Part shown: positions 42,817-52,649 of the stretch, piece after piece | Numbering within the stretch: position 1 is the stretch's first letter | Layout: the number at the start of each line of letters is the position of its first letter | Assembly: GCA_041576975.1 (NCBI GenBank) | Contig: JBFGJY010000005.1 | Location: forward strand, 1-62,658 | Direction: 5' to 3' | Length of the DNA: 62,658 nucleotides | Source: Gammaproteobacteria bacterium | GTDB lineage: Bacteria; Pseudomonadota; Gammaproteobacteria; UBA4575 | The notes under the pieces: generated by a model | What the model was told of the DNA's origin: nothing | The model's input: only the letters and a program-made list of their open reading frames with translations | Databases searched by the model: none | Translations under genes and position numbers: made by a program

Positions 42817-44100
42817 TTAACCCGATTGTCTTGCCACTGCGGGTTTAGTACACCATTTTGCTGGGTTTATCGGCTTACCTTGCTTGCGAATCTCAAAATA
42901 TAAGCCAGGACGTGTGTTACCGCCACTGTTTCCTACGGTGGCAATAAGTTCACCAGCATTTACCCACTCTCCCGATTGTTTGTAAAGGCTTTGATTGTGA
43001 CCATACAAACTCATGTACCCATCGCCATGATCGACAATTATCAACAAGCCCAAGCCACGCATCCATTCTGCAAAGGCCACACGACCATGAAATATGCTGC
43101 GCACATTATTGCCCTCATTACTTGGAATAAAAACACCCTGCCAACTTATCTTACTACGTGCCGCATTACGCTTTTGCCCAAACTGATTATTGGGTTTCCC
43201 AACAACCGGCCAAAATAGTTTGCCTTCAAGAGCTTTAAACTCTTGCCCTTGATCAATGACTGGAATATTAGCTAAAACCTCGCGTATGCTTTTAACTAGC
43301 TCTTTTAGTTGTTTTTCATCTCTTTCAAGATGAGATAGATTAGCTTGTTCAGTAGAAACACTAGCACTCAAATTAGCTAATACAGATTTTCGCTTGTTTA
43401 GTTGTTGTTCTAATAATTGTTTTTCATTTAATAGATTTTTTTGGTACTGGTCCGCTAAATTTTGTTGCTCTACAATTTCATTTTGCACTTCGTTTACGGA
43501 TTGTAAAATTTGCGTAGCTTGCTCAATTTCATGCAACCGCGCACGGTGCAAGTAATCATAATAAACAAGAGTTCGGGCTAATTTTGTAGGTTCCTGCTGA
43601 TTAAGTAGCAACTTTAATTTTTCTTGTCCGCCGTATAAATACTCAGATCTTATTTGTGCATATAAAATGCTGCGGTGTTTTGACAGTTGCCCAAGCAATT
43701 CTTGCTTTTGCGTATCTAGACTATGAATTCGTTGTCGACTATTTTCCAGTGTCGTTTCAGTATCCCTGAGTTGTTGATTGAGTTGTCCGATAAGTTGTTC
43801 AGATTGTCGTAACTCTTTTTCAAGCTGACCGATCTCACCGCGATCCTTCTCAAGTTTGCGTTGGCTTTTTTGGATCTGTGCTTGTACGTTTGCAAGTTTT
43901 TTTTCCGCTTCTTGCTGAGACGGAGCGGCCTGCAAATCAATTCCAACACTCAACCAGCAGATAAGCGCTGAATAAATTACTACTCGCAAAATTGAAACGG
44001 CATTTTGATATAGTTTTGTATAGCAAATTTGATGTGTCATAAAAAACTTAATACCATCGATAAGCCCATGATTTAAAGGCTTTATTAATGTATTAGACAT
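42817..44100 (-). CDS. envC: Murein hydrolase activator EnvC (start uncertain)
   Basis: Long coiled coil plus degenerate M23 domain (HGDGYMSLYGH...LYFEIR). Confidence 0.9.
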   Translation of the reverse strand: MSNTLIKPLNHGLIDGIKFFMTHQICYTKLYQNAVSILRVVIYSALICWLSVGIDLQAAPSQQEAEKKLANVQAQIQKSQRKLEKDRGEIGQLEKELRQSEQLIGQLNQQLRDTETTLENSRQRIHSLDTQKQELLGQLSKHRSILYAQIRSEYLYGGQEKLKLLLNQQEPTKLARTLVYYDYLHRARLHEIEQATQILQSVNEVQNEIVEQQNLADQYQKNLLNEKQLLEQQLNKRKSVLANLSASVSTEQANLSHLERDEKQLKELVKSIREVLANIPVIDQGQEFKALEGKLFWPVVGKPNNQFGQKRNAARSKISWQGVFIPSNEGNNVRSIFHGRVAFAEWMRGLGLLIIVDHGDGYMSLYGHNQSLYKQSGEWVNAGELIATVGNSGGNTRPGLYFEIRKQGKPINPAKWCTKPAVARQSG

Positions 44101-44138
44101 TTATAATATTAGCCTATACTATATATGCATAAGTGAGT

Positions 44139-44498
44139 ATGGAAGCTGCTATTAATAATATCTTGGATACAAACCGTATGAGCATTACCGCTGAGGAACT
44201 CATCCATCGAGATGAGGATATCGAGCAGGCCTCTAGATCTCTAAAGGCTATGTCACATCCATTGCGTTTGAAAATTCTTTGCGTCCTGGGTGATCGCGAA
44301 ATCAGCGTGCAAGATATTGTTGACTGTGTTGGCACCTCACAAAGTAACATTTCCCAACATTTAGCCATACTGCGTGATAAAGGAATATTGGCTTCTCGAA
44401 AAGATGCTAATCGTGTGTATTACCGCGTCGGTGATGACCGTACTCTCAAACTAATCGATATGATGCAGCAAGTTTTTTGTTCCACTCATAACTTCTAA
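44139..44498 (+). CDS. ArsR/SmtB family regulator
   Basis: SHPLRLKILC, SQSNISQHLAILR. Confidence 0.9.
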   Translation: MEAAINNILDTNRMSITAEELIHRDEDIEQASRSLKAMSHPLRLKILCVLGDREISVQDIVDCVGTSQSNISQHLAILRDKGILASRKDANRVYYRVGDDRTLKLIDMMQQVFCSTHNF

Positions 44499-44580
44499 TC
44501 ATTTGCCTTTCAATGTTATGGCATTTAATTTATGCCAAACTTTACCTTATAGTTTTTCTGCTAATCTGAGCAATACCTAA

Positions 44581-45006
44581 ATGGAAGAATTTATCGATTT
44601 TGCCAGTAGGAACTACCTACTCTTTGTTGCCTTAGCCGCAGTTATATCTTTAATTATAATCACCGAATTACGACGTGCAACACGAGGATACAAAGAAATC
44701 ACGCCTGCAGAAGCAGTATTACTTATAAATAAAGAAAATGCGTTGGTTCTGGACGTGCGCGAAGCAAATGAACATAGTCAAGGTAGTATTATTGATGCCA
44801 AACATTACGCTTTAAGCACACTCCCAGAGAATGTGGAAAACCTTGCTGCGGACAAAGACAAGCCGATCTTAGTGATCTGTAAAATGGGAAATCGATCGTC
44901 CGAAGCGTGTAAGTTATTATTGAAAAATAGCTACACTAATGTATTTGGCCTCAAGGGAGGAATAAATGCATGGATCAACGAGCAACTACCGGTTACAAAA
45001 AAATGA
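44581..45006 (+). CDS. Rhodanese-like protein (YibN family)
   Basis: N-terminal TM, LDVRE, CKMGNRS, LKGGINAW. Confidence 0.9.
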   Translation: MEEFIDFASRNYLLFVALAAVISLIIITELRRATRGYKEITPAEAVLLINKENALVLDVREANEHSQGSIIDAKHYALSTLPENVENLAADKDKPILVICKMGNRSSEACKLLLKNSYTNVFGLKGGINAWINEQLPVTKK

Positions 45007-45263
45007 ATAAGGTGGAAGTCACAATATATACTGGCCATCGGTGCGCGTATTGCAATGCAGCAAAACGTCTATTTGACAATAAAGGTGTTGGGTACAAAGA
45101 AATATTTATTGATGATGACCCTAAATTACGTGAAGAAATGCTGGCACGCACAAAACGTCAGACTGTTCCACAAATATTTATTGGCGATGTGCATGTAGGA
45201 GGATTTGATGACCTCGCCGATCTCAACCATGAAGGTAAGTTAGACGAACTATTATCGCTATGA
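45003..45263 (+). CDS. grxC: Glutaredoxin 3
   Basis: CAYC, TVPQIFI, GGFDDL. Confidence 0.93.
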   Translation: MNKVEVTIYTGHRCAYCNAAKRLFDNKGVGYKEIFIDDDPKLREEMLARTKRQTVPQIFIGDVHVGGFDDLADLNHEGKLDELLSL

Positions 45264-45311
45264 AGAAATTCCGCACACAAAGCTTTAAGCGATTTGTAAA
45301 TATCTGCTCTC

Positions 45312-45776
45312 ATGGATAAAGAAGCAGCTCAAAAATTTGAGATACAAAAAATCTACGTAAAAGATATTTCTTTCGAAACCCCCAATTCTCCCAAAATCTT
45401 TACAGAAAAATGGAATCCAAAGACGGATGTTCATATCCAAACTGAAAATACAAAACTCGATGAGCACATGTATGAGGTTTGTATAATATTAACGGTAACT
45501 GCATCTCAAGAAGATACTACAGCTTTTTTAGTTGAAGTTAAGCAAGCCGGTATTTTTCTTGTTCAGAATTTTCAAGAAGATCAACATGGACAACTGCTGG
45601 GAAGTTATTGTCCAAATATTTTATTTCCTTTTGCACGCGAAGTCGTAGCTGAATTAATTTCAAAAGGTGGCTTCCCGCAATTATTACTTAACCCTGTTAA
45701 TTTTGAAGCCTTATATCAACAGCATCTGAACGCGTTAAAAGAGCAAAAAACCAACCCCGATCAAATTAAACACTAA
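45312..45776 (+). CDS. secB: Protein-export chaperone SecB
   Basis: IQKIYVKDISFE, CPNILFPFARE. Confidence 0.97.
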   Translation: MDKEAAQKFEIQKIYVKDISFETPNSPKIFTEKWNPKTDVHIQTENTKLDEHMYEVCIILTVTASQEDTTAFLVEVKQAGIFLVQNFQEDQHGQLLGSYCPNILFPFAREVVAELISKGGFPQLLLNPVNFEALYQQHLNALKEQKTNPDQIKH

Positions 45777-45784
45777 TGTAATTT

Positions 45785-46798
45785 ATGGCTACAGCTGCAG
45801 TATTAGGCGCAGGATCATGGGGCACGGCACTTGCTATTCAACTGTCTCGTAATGGCCACAAGGTAAAAGCCTGGGACTGCGATAAAAAATTAATTACTTC
45901 ACTTCAAACTGAACGGCGCAACCTGCGTTATCTTCCAGATAATACCTTTCCAGATTCACTATCGGCGGAACACGATTTAGCTGCAACAATAAATGATGCC
46001 GATTTTATCTTGGCGGTAATACCAAGTTATGCGATGCGCACAGTGTGTGAAGAGTTAAAGCAGCTTGAGAGGCTGGCGTCACTTGTTTTGCCTTTAAAGT
46101 TTATTTGGGCAACCAAGGGGTTTGAAAAACAAAGCAAATTGATGATGCATCAAGTCGTTGCTGAAGTGTTGGGGAATGAAATTCAAACCGCAGTGCTATC
46201 AGGGCCGTCTTTTGCTAAAGAGGTCGCTGATAATTTACCTACCGCTGTCACGCTTGCATCAAAAGATTTAAATTATGCGAAGGAGTTAGCGAGGTATTTT
46301 CATAGTGATAATTTCCGTGTTTATATCAGCGATGATGTTATTGGTGTTGAATTAGGGGGTACCGTAAAAAATGTACTTGCAATTGCTGCCGGAATTGTGG
46401 ACGGGCTCGGTTTTGGCGCGAACGCACGTGCGGCATTAATCACAAGAGGCCTTGCGGAAATGATGCGCCTGGGTCAAGCCTTAGAAGCTAATCCGAAAAC
46501 TCTGATGGGTTTAGCTGGCATGGGTGATTTAGTTTTAACTTGTACAGATGACCAATCCCGCAATCGACGTCTGGGCCATGCGTTGGCGCAAGGCAAAACA
46601 GCACAGCAATACATGGATGAGTTGGGTCAAGCAGTCGAGGGGTTTCATGCAGCACAAGTGGTGCATGAGGTTGCTAAAGAACACCAAGTTGAAATGCCAA
46701 TATGCGAACAAGTTTGGTATGTTTTGAATGGCAAAATAGATCTCAAAGTCGCGGTTTCAGAATTACTTGGTCGTGATATGAAAGAAGAGTTTATTTAA
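45785..46798 (+). CDS. gpsA: NAD(P)H-dependent glycerol-3-phosphate dehydrogenase
   Basis: GAGSWGTALA, KNVLAIAAG, GDLVLTCTDDQSRN. Confidence 0.97.
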   Translation: MATAAVLGAGSWGTALAIQLSRNGHKVKAWDCDKKLITSLQTERRNLRYLPDNTFPDSLSAEHDLAATINDADFILAVIPSYAMRTVCEELKQLERLASLVLPLKFIWATKGFEKQSKLMMHQVVAEVLGNEIQTAVLSGPSFAKEVADNLPTAVTLASKDLNYAKELARYFHSDNFRVYISDDVIGVELGGTVKNVLAIAAGIVDGLGFGANARAALITRGLAEMMRLGQALEANPKTLMGLAGMGDLVLTCTDDQSRNRRLGHALAQGKTAQQYMDELGQAVEGFHAAQVVHEVAKEHQVEMPICEQVWYVLNGKIDLKVAVSELLGRDMKEEFI

Positions 46799-46813
46799 TG
46801 AAAATATACAAGT

Positions 46814-47272
46814 TCACATTTTAAAATTATTTTGTCGCCACGCTTCATAGAGAATAATCCCCACTGCATTGGCAAGATTTATACTGCGTGAAGCTTCACG
46901 CATGGGAATTCGAATTACACTATCTTGATCATATTGTTCAAGAATTGAGGCAGGAAGACCACGTGTCTCGGGGCCAAAAATAAAAGTGTCGCCAGGTTGA
47001 TAGCTTGGAATATGGTAACTTGTGCCTCCTTTAGTAGAACATGCGAAAATTCGTTGTGGGGCGATGCTATCTAACATAGCTTGATAACTTTGATGTTCAG
47101 TCACTATTGCCAAGTCGTGATAGTCAAGCTTCGCTCTGCGTAATTTTTTATCATCCAAATGAAATCCAAGTGGATGAATTAAATGTAAATGACAGCCCAT
47201 GTTGGCACACAAACGTATGATATTACCGGCATTCGGTGGAATCTCGGGTTCATATAAAACGACTTGAAACAT
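46814..47272 (-). CDS. trmL: tRNA (cytidine/uridine-2'-O)-methyltransferase
   Basis: PEIPPNAGN, FGPETRGLP, RSINLAN. Confidence 0.95.
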   Translation of the reverse strand: MFQVVLYEPEIPPNAGNIIRLCANMGCHLHLIHPLGFHLDDKKLRRAKLDYHDLAIVTEHQSYQAMLDSIAPQRIFACSTKGGTSYHIPSYQPGDTFIFGPETRGLPASILEQYDQDSVIRIPMREASRSINLANAVGIILYEAWRQNNFKM

Positions 47273-47296
47273 GAGCTTAAAAATGAACCTTGAAAT

Positions 47297-48253
47297 ATGA
47301 GCAATAATAAAAAACTTAAACTTGAGTTTTGCGGATTGGAGCTAACATCTCCACTGGTTTTGCTATCCGGTTGTGTGGGCTTTGGTGAAGAATATACACG
47401 TGTTGAAGGATTCTCCAATCGAGATGTAGGGGCAGTATGTCTAAAAGGCACGACATTGAAACCACGCTTAGGTAACGCCCCACATCGTCTTGCAGAAACT
47501 CCAGATGGCATGCTCAATGCCATCGGCTTACAAAATCCAGGCGTAGATGTTGTCGTTAACGACATTTTGCCCAAATTAAATTTTTCTGAAACGCGTTTTT
47601 TTGCCAATGTATCGGGTTCAACGGTTGAAGAATATGTCGAGGTCACACGTAAATTTGCGGACTCACCCATTGATGCCATTGAAATCAATATCTCATGTCC
47701 AAATGTAAAAGAGGGTGGCGTAGCTTTTGGAAATGATCCACAAATGTCAGCACGTGTGGTAGAAGCCTGTCGTGCGGTAACCAATAAACCACTGATTACC
47801 AAGTTATCTCCAAATCAAACCGATATTAAACTCAATGCAAAACATTGCATCGAGGCCGGCAGTGATGCCTTTGCGGTCATCAATACCGTAATGGGCATGG
47901 CAATTGATATCGAAACCAAGCAACCGATTATTCATAACAACCAAGGCGGATTATCTGGCCCTGCGATTAAACCCATCGCATTGTTAAAAGTGCATGAAGT
48001 TCACCAAGTGTGCAAACCACACAACATCCCCATCATCGGCCAAGGTGGTGTAGTCAACACAACCGATGCGATTGAATTCCTCATCGCCGGTGCCACCACC
48101 GTCGGCGTTGGTACTGGACTTTTTTACGACCCATTATGCTGCAAAAAAATTAACCAAGGCATTCTTGAGTACCTTGATAAAAATAATCATCAACATGTAA
48201 GTGAAATTGTCGGAAGTTTGACCATTCATTCAGATACAACAGCCTATATGTAA
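47297..48253 (+). CDS. pyrD: Dihydroorotate dehydrogenase (class 1-type catalytic subunit)
   Basis: NAIGLQNPG, EINISCPNV, GGLSGPAIKP. Confidence 0.92.
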   Translation: MSNNKKLKLEFCGLELTSPLVLLSGCVGFGEEYTRVEGFSNRDVGAVCLKGTTLKPRLGNAPHRLAETPDGMLNAIGLQNPGVDVVVNDILPKLNFSETRFFANVSGSTVEEYVEVTRKFADSPIDAIEINISCPNVKEGGVAFGNDPQMSARVVEACRAVTNKPLITKLSPNQTDIKLNAKHCIEAGSDAFAVINTVMGMAIDIETKQPIIHNNQGGLSGPAIKPIALLKVHEVHQVCKPHNIPIIGQGGVVNTTDAIEFLIAGATTVGVGTGLFYDPLCCKKINQGILEYLDKNNHQHVSEIVGSLTIHSDTTAYM

Positions 48254-48311
48254 CCAACGCAAGTAAGAATAAACTTACTGAAGGTTTTTTTCTTTAAGCA
48301 AGAAGTGTCTA

Positions 48312-48341
48312 AATATCTGCTTACGGCCAAAAGCGGCCATT
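48312..48341. repeat. Palindromic cassette-boundary site R5 (left end of respiratory island)
   Basis: AATATCTGCTT-ACGGCCAA-AAGCGGCCATT; its reverse complement closely matches R2. Confidence 0.8.
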
Positions 48342-48360
48342 CCGGAAAATTTGCTGTAAG

Positions 48361-49026
48361 TTACTTGCAGCTACGAAGTTTAAGATAATCTGCGGTCAAC
48401 GTTGCGGGGTTATGCGGGGTGGGAAAATATGCTTGTAGACGAAGCTCTGGGTCTACGAGGGACATAGAGGAATCGCTGTACTCCACCTTGTATTCACGGC
48501 CCGCTTGCGGCGGGGAGATCGTATAGGAAATTCCCAATTCACTTGCAAAGTCCTCGAGTGCATCTGAAGTACCGGTTACACCGATAAAATGATCATCGTA
48601 ATGACTTAGATGATCGGCGAGTCGCTGCAATGTATCTCGATGTGGGTCGACGGCAACCAACAACACCTGACTGTCAGCGACCTTGTCCGTTTTTGAGAGG
48701 GTGGCATACATTTTCGCCAGAGCCGTCAAGCTCACAACACATGGACCTGTGCAACGACTCTCACTAAACACAACAAACGTCCATTTGCCCTTTAGATATT
48801 CTTGAGTAAATTCTTTGCCTTGATGATTCAGCAAGGTAAAAGGTTCAAGCTGCCAAGGTTCCGGCAATAACAATGCTTCAAGACTGGTCGGTTGGCCACG
48901 CAACTCGGCTAAGGCCGGCCCAAAAATACTAATCGCCGCTCCAAATAAAAGAATCATTAATAGCATGCGCCGTAGAACGGTCTTTATTATTTTTGTTTTA
49001 CCTTTTATGTCCTGCATCTCATCCAA
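48361..49026 (-). CDS. SCO1/SenC family protein
   Basis: LKGKW, CTGPC, VDPHRDT, GVTG. Confidence 0.85.
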   Translation of the reverse strand: MDEMQDIKGKTKIIKTVLRRMLLMILLFGAAISIFGPALAELRGQPTSLEALLLPEPWQLEPFTLLNHQGKEFTQEYLKGKWTFVVFSESRCTGPCVVSLTALAKMYATLSKTDKVADSQVLLVAVDPHRDTLQRLADHLSHYDDHFIGVTGTSDALEDFASELGISYTISPPQAGREYKVEYSDSSMSLVDPELRLQAYFPTPHNPATLTADYLKLRSCK

Positions 49027-49028
49027 TC

Positions 49029-51170
49029 CTAAACTTTCTTTTGCCGCAAGAAAGGCACCGGTGTAAGTGCGGTCTGTCGATGCATTGCCGTCCCACTGGA
49101 GCCGTCTACTTCACGAGCTGCGATCAGGGAATTAATGACCACCACCATGCTCGACCCTGCCATTAAGGCGGCAGCAATAACGGGCAAGAGCAATCCTGCG
49201 GCTGCCAACGACAGGGCCACTAAGTTGTAACTCAAAGCCCAGATCAAATTTGTCCAAACCGTCTTTTGCACCCGCCTCGCGAGTATGATCAACCACGGTA
49301 GCCTTTCGAGTGCAGCCTCCGACAAGGTCACATCCGCACTAGCGCGTGCCAGGTCCGTGGCATTACCCACAGCAACGCCTATACTTGCCTTGGCCAATAC
49401 AGGTCCATCATTGATTCCATCACCAACCATGGCCACGGGCCCATGCTGCCGTGTCCATTCGCCGAGTGTCTCGACCTTTTGCAGTGGCAGCAGACCACCT
49501 TGCCATTCTTGAACGCCTGCTTGCTTGGCACTTTGCTCAACAACTACTGGATCGTCCCCGCTGATCAAATAAGTACGCAATCCTGCAGCGTGTAGGGCTT
49601 CGATCATTGGCGGTACCTGTGGATCTAAGGCCTCTGTTAATTCAAACGCTCCATGTACCGACCCATGCCAACCGATGTAGACGATTGAATGATTGCCAGG
49701 TACGTAGCTGATATTAAGGGTTGTCGGCACAGTCCATCCAAGGGAGTGCATGAGATCTAGCGAGCCCATCGCCACAAAAATCTCGGCTAGCTTGGCACTA
49801 ACCCCCATGCCGGCATGCGCCTGAAATTCGGTAACGGGGAGAGGGGTGATAGCTCGCTGTTTTGCAGTTTGCAAAATCGCTGCGGCCTTTGGGTGCGAAA
49901 AGCCTTGTGCCAAGCTTGCGGCACGCTCTAACACCACCCGATTTTCATGCGGTACAGTGACGAGCTTGGCTACTGCCAAGGAATGCGCTGTCAAGGTGCC
50001 TGTTTTGTCAAAGGCCACACCCTTCAGTCGAGCAAGATATTCAAATACCCCGCCTTCGCGCAATATAATCCCATGTTGTGCCGCTTGGCCCAGGCCGATG
50101 GCCGTGGCCAATGGAGCCGCCAAGCCGAGAGCACAAGGACATGCGACGACCAACACTGCCATGCCGGACAGTAAGGCCTGCTCAAATGAGGTGTGCTGAC
50201 TCCAATAATAGACAGTGCCGATTCCAAGCATGAGCACTGCGAATACAAATACGGCAGACACTCGATCCACCAGCCTTCCCACTAGAGTTTTATGCGCCAA
50301 GGTCTGCCTAATTTGACGGCTCATTCGTACCCAATAGGTATCCTGACCTGAGACTGTGGTGCGGATCAGCAATTGCCCGTGTCGATTGACACTTCCAGCA
50401 TAGACTGCTGAGCCAGGTTGTTTTTCTGTATTGGTACTTTGGCCGGTTAGAATTTCTTCATTGCAACTGGAGTGTCCCTCGACCACCACACCGTCTACCG
50501 GAATGCGTTCGCCTGGTGGTACCCGCACCAGGGTATTGGCAGCGATGGCAACGATAGGCTGTTCACGTTCTTGATGATTCTCGATTACCGTCGCGATTGC
50601 ACGTTCGGCCTCTAGCAGGGGCATTAAACTGCGTGTGGTGCGCACGCGGGCCTGTGCCTCTAGGTATCGCCCAACCGTAAACAACACCACGACCATCGTC
50701 GCGGTATCAAAATAAACGACCTCACCACCCGTCAAGATCTGCAACACGGAGTAGCCGTAAGCCCCTAAAGTGCCCACACTTACCAATGTATCGGCGTTGG
50801 CTTGACATTGCCTGGCTGCCTCCCAGGCACCGCGAATAAATGGCCCACCCACAAAGAACACCACAGGCGTAGCGAGTATCCATAGCAGAATATGGATCCC
50901 TTGCAATAATGAAGCGCTCAGGGTACTTACCGACTCGGAGTACAGCATCAAGCTAAACAGCATGATGTTCATTGCCAGAAAAGCGCCAATGCCCAAACGA
51001 ATCAGCAGCCATGCCGCGACGGGTTCTTCGCGGCTACCGTGCTTGACCAAATAAGCCAGGCAACAGCCATAACAACAAAACACTTGTACCTCGCCATTGA
51101 CCTCGCGTCGTTGAACATAGCTGCGCACCGGTAGCTGACAATGCGTACACAATGCGGAGTTGTCTGTCAT
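49029..51170 (-). CDS. ccoI: Cu-translocating P1B-type ATPase (CcoI/FixI-like)
   Basis: CTHC..FCCYGC N-terminus, CPC, DKTGT, GDGINDGP, YN; ATG overlaps the upstream stop. Confidence 0.8.
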   Translation of the reverse strand: MTDNSALCTHCQLPVRSYVQRREVNGEVQVFCCYGCCLAYLVKHGSREEPVAAWLLIRLGIGAFLAMNIMLFSLMLYSESVSTLSASLLQGIHILLWILATPVVFFVGGPFIRGAWEAARQCQANADTLVSVGTLGAYGYSVLQILTGGEVVYFDTATMVVVLFTVGRYLEAQARVRTTRSLMPLLEAERAIATVIENHQEREQPIVAIAANTLVRVPPGERIPVDGVVVEGHSSCNEEILTGQSTNTEKQPGSAVYAGSVNRHGQLLIRTTVSGQDTYWVRMSRQIRQTLAHKTLVGRLVDRVSAVFVFAVLMLGIGTVYYWSQHTSFEQALLSGMAVLVVACPCALGLAAPLATAIGLGQAAQHGIILREGGVFEYLARLKGVAFDKTGTLTAHSLAVAKLVTVPHENRVVLERAASLAQGFSHPKAAAILQTAKQRAITPLPVTEFQAHAGMGVSAKLAEIFVAMGSLDLMHSLGWTVPTTLNISYVPGNHSIVYIGWHGSVHGAFELTEALDPQVPPMIEALHAAGLRTYLISGDDPVVVEQSAKQAGVQEWQGGLLPLQKVETLGEWTRQHGPVAMVGDGINDGPVLAKASIGVAVGNATDLARASADVTLSEAALERLPWLIILARRVQKTVWTNLIWALSYNLVALSLAAAGLLLPVIAAALMAGSSMVVVINSLIAAREVDGSSGTAMHRQTALTPVPFLRQKKV

Positions 51171-51940
51171 AGAGGATGGGTATGCAGCGCCAGAGGCAAT
51201 GCGCCGCGCGTAATCGTAATAATGCCAAGTAATAAAATAAATGCCCCACAGATGCGCAGGCCATAAAGGCGCCAACTGGCTTGTAACCAGTTGCTGCTAT
51301 GTTCCCTACCTAATTGAACCAAGGGGACGGTTTGCACTTGTGCAGCTTGCGTTCGAATATGAAATATCGCACCCACACCCCCCATGGCCAACATTGCTGC
51401 CAAGGTACCCAGACCAAATACCGCCATGGTGAGAATGCCGGGTAGAGTTCCACCGCTTGCCGCAGCCTGTGCAGCAAAAGCATATACCAGGGGACAGGGC
51501 AAAAAGCCATTTAGTACCCCAAATGCCAATGGCGCAAGTGGACTTGGGTGTTTAAGCAGATCGCGCAATGCCTGGGAAAGAATTTGGCTGCCCAAACCGT
51601 TGAGTGCATGCTGTTTGGTTGTGGCGAAGCCAAAGAATTGCATTCCTACCAAAATCATCAATGCGCCGGAAACAGTTGCCAATACCCGTTGGGCAATTAC
51701 CGACGGTGTGCCTTCTAAGCTATGCATAAACTGCATACCAAGAAAACCAACCAGGCCGCCGATAAAACAATAAGTGGTGACTCTGCCAAGGTTATATATA
51801 AGGTGTCGTCGTAGCGTCGCGGTAGGTCCGCGCACATCCGGGCCAAGTGCACAAGCAAAGCCCCCACACATGCCTATGCAGTGTAGACTACCAGCCACAC
51901 CGGCGATAAAGATCAACAAGTATGGTGTGAAGTAAGCCAT
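51167..51940 (-). CDS. DsbD_2/TauE-like cbb3 assembly membrane protein
   Basis: SLHCIGMCGG, YNLGR, LNGFLPCPLVY, FGLGT. Confidence 0.85.
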   Translation of the reverse strand: MAYFTPYLLIFIAGVAGSLHCIGMCGGFACALGPDVRGPTATLRRHLIYNLGRVTTYCFIGGLVGFLGMQFMHSLEGTPSVIAQRVLATVSGALMILVGMQFFGFATTKQHALNGLGSQILSQALRDLLKHPSPLAPLAFGVLNGFLPCPLVYAFAAQAAASGGTLPGILTMAVFGLGTLAAMLAMGGVGAIFHIRTQAAQVQTVPLVQLGREHSSNWLQASWRLYGLRICGAFILLLGIITITRGALPLALHTHPL

Positions 51941-52066
51941 TCTGTATCGAGTATCGTAGCCTGGCTGGGGCGTAGCGTGACCCAAGATTGCAGCGTTATA
52001 TTCCTAGCTTCAATTGTATTTACTGTGGGCATGCACAATTTATTTGATTGCCAGGCTCTATAGAAA

Positions 52067-52159
52067 CTATTTTGAGAACATCAGGTACAGCACCCACAAA
52101 AAGAAGCCTACTGTGGAGACGATAAAGATTCCAAAGCCTATGCTTTCATTCATGGTCAT
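52067..52159 (-). CDS. 30-aa single-TM peptide (CcoQ-like)
   Basis: MTMNESIGFGIFIVSTVGFFLWVLYLMFSK after a perfect AGGAGG RBS. Confidence 0.55.
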   Translation of the reverse strand: MTMNESIGFGIFIVSTVGFFLWVLYLMFSK

Positions 52160-52170
52160 GCAGACCTCCT

Positions 52171-52281
52171 TTAGGGTAACTGTATGGCAGGGATCATTTG
52201 TCCAAATATATTTAGACTAAGCTCGCTGACAAGGAAAAGTATGTTGAGTGCTGCCAGTAGCAATAAGATTCGTTCGGCCAT
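52171..52281 (-). CDS. 36-aa hydrophobic peptide
   Basis: MAERILLLLAALNILFLVSELSLNIFGQMIPAIQLP after AGGAGG RBS. Confidence 0.5.
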   Translation of the reverse strand: MAERILLLLAALNILFLVSELSLNIFGQMIPAIQLP

Positions 52282-52291
52282 GATTACCTCC

Positions 52292-52501
52292 TTAATAACT
52301 CAGTCCGGGGCCCAAGCCCCCCCAGTACGTGAAACCGTAGTACAGTGCCCATACAAACATCACTATATAAACGATTATCAGCCAGACGTTGATACGCCCA
52401 TGACGCGCCTCGATGTGACCATCGCCATACTTTTCGGTTTGTTGATGATGGGGCAATGTTTCATTCTGCTCTGAAGAAGTCTTATCTGGATTCTGGCTCA
52501 T
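52292..52501 (-). CDS. Small membrane protein resembling the CcoP N-terminal anchor
   Basis: YGDGHIEARHGRINVWLIIVY...WALYY; no haem motif. Confidence 0.55.
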   Translation of the reverse strand: MSQNPDKTSSEQNETLPHHQQTEKYGDGHIEARHGRINVWLIIVYIVMFVWALYYGFTYWGGLGPGLSY

Positions 52502-52649
52502 CGTCTACTACCTCCGCACGGTACGCGCGATATTTAATGTCTTCGACATCGTTAAACATTCCTGATAATACGGCCCAAATAAATACACACACTGCACCCA
52601 GGCACATGAATACCGCCACCAAAAATTGTAAAAAGGTGAGTTCAATCAT
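52482..52649 (-). CDS. ccoS: CcoS/FixS-like maturation protein (55 aa)
   Basis: Hand-translated MIELTFLQ...FIWAVLSGMFNDVEDIKYR..DD, matching WA..SG.F.D.E. Confidence 0.7.
   Translation of the reverse strand: MIELTFLQFLVAVFMCLGAVCVFIWAVLSGMFNDVEDIKYRAYRAEVVDDEPESR

Noticed and set aside
42430-42903. 157-aa plus-strand ORF and other antisense ORFs over core genes (e.g. 47179-47802, 31173-31739)
   Set aside because: They overlap well-supported genes on the opposite strand and have no recognisable motifs.
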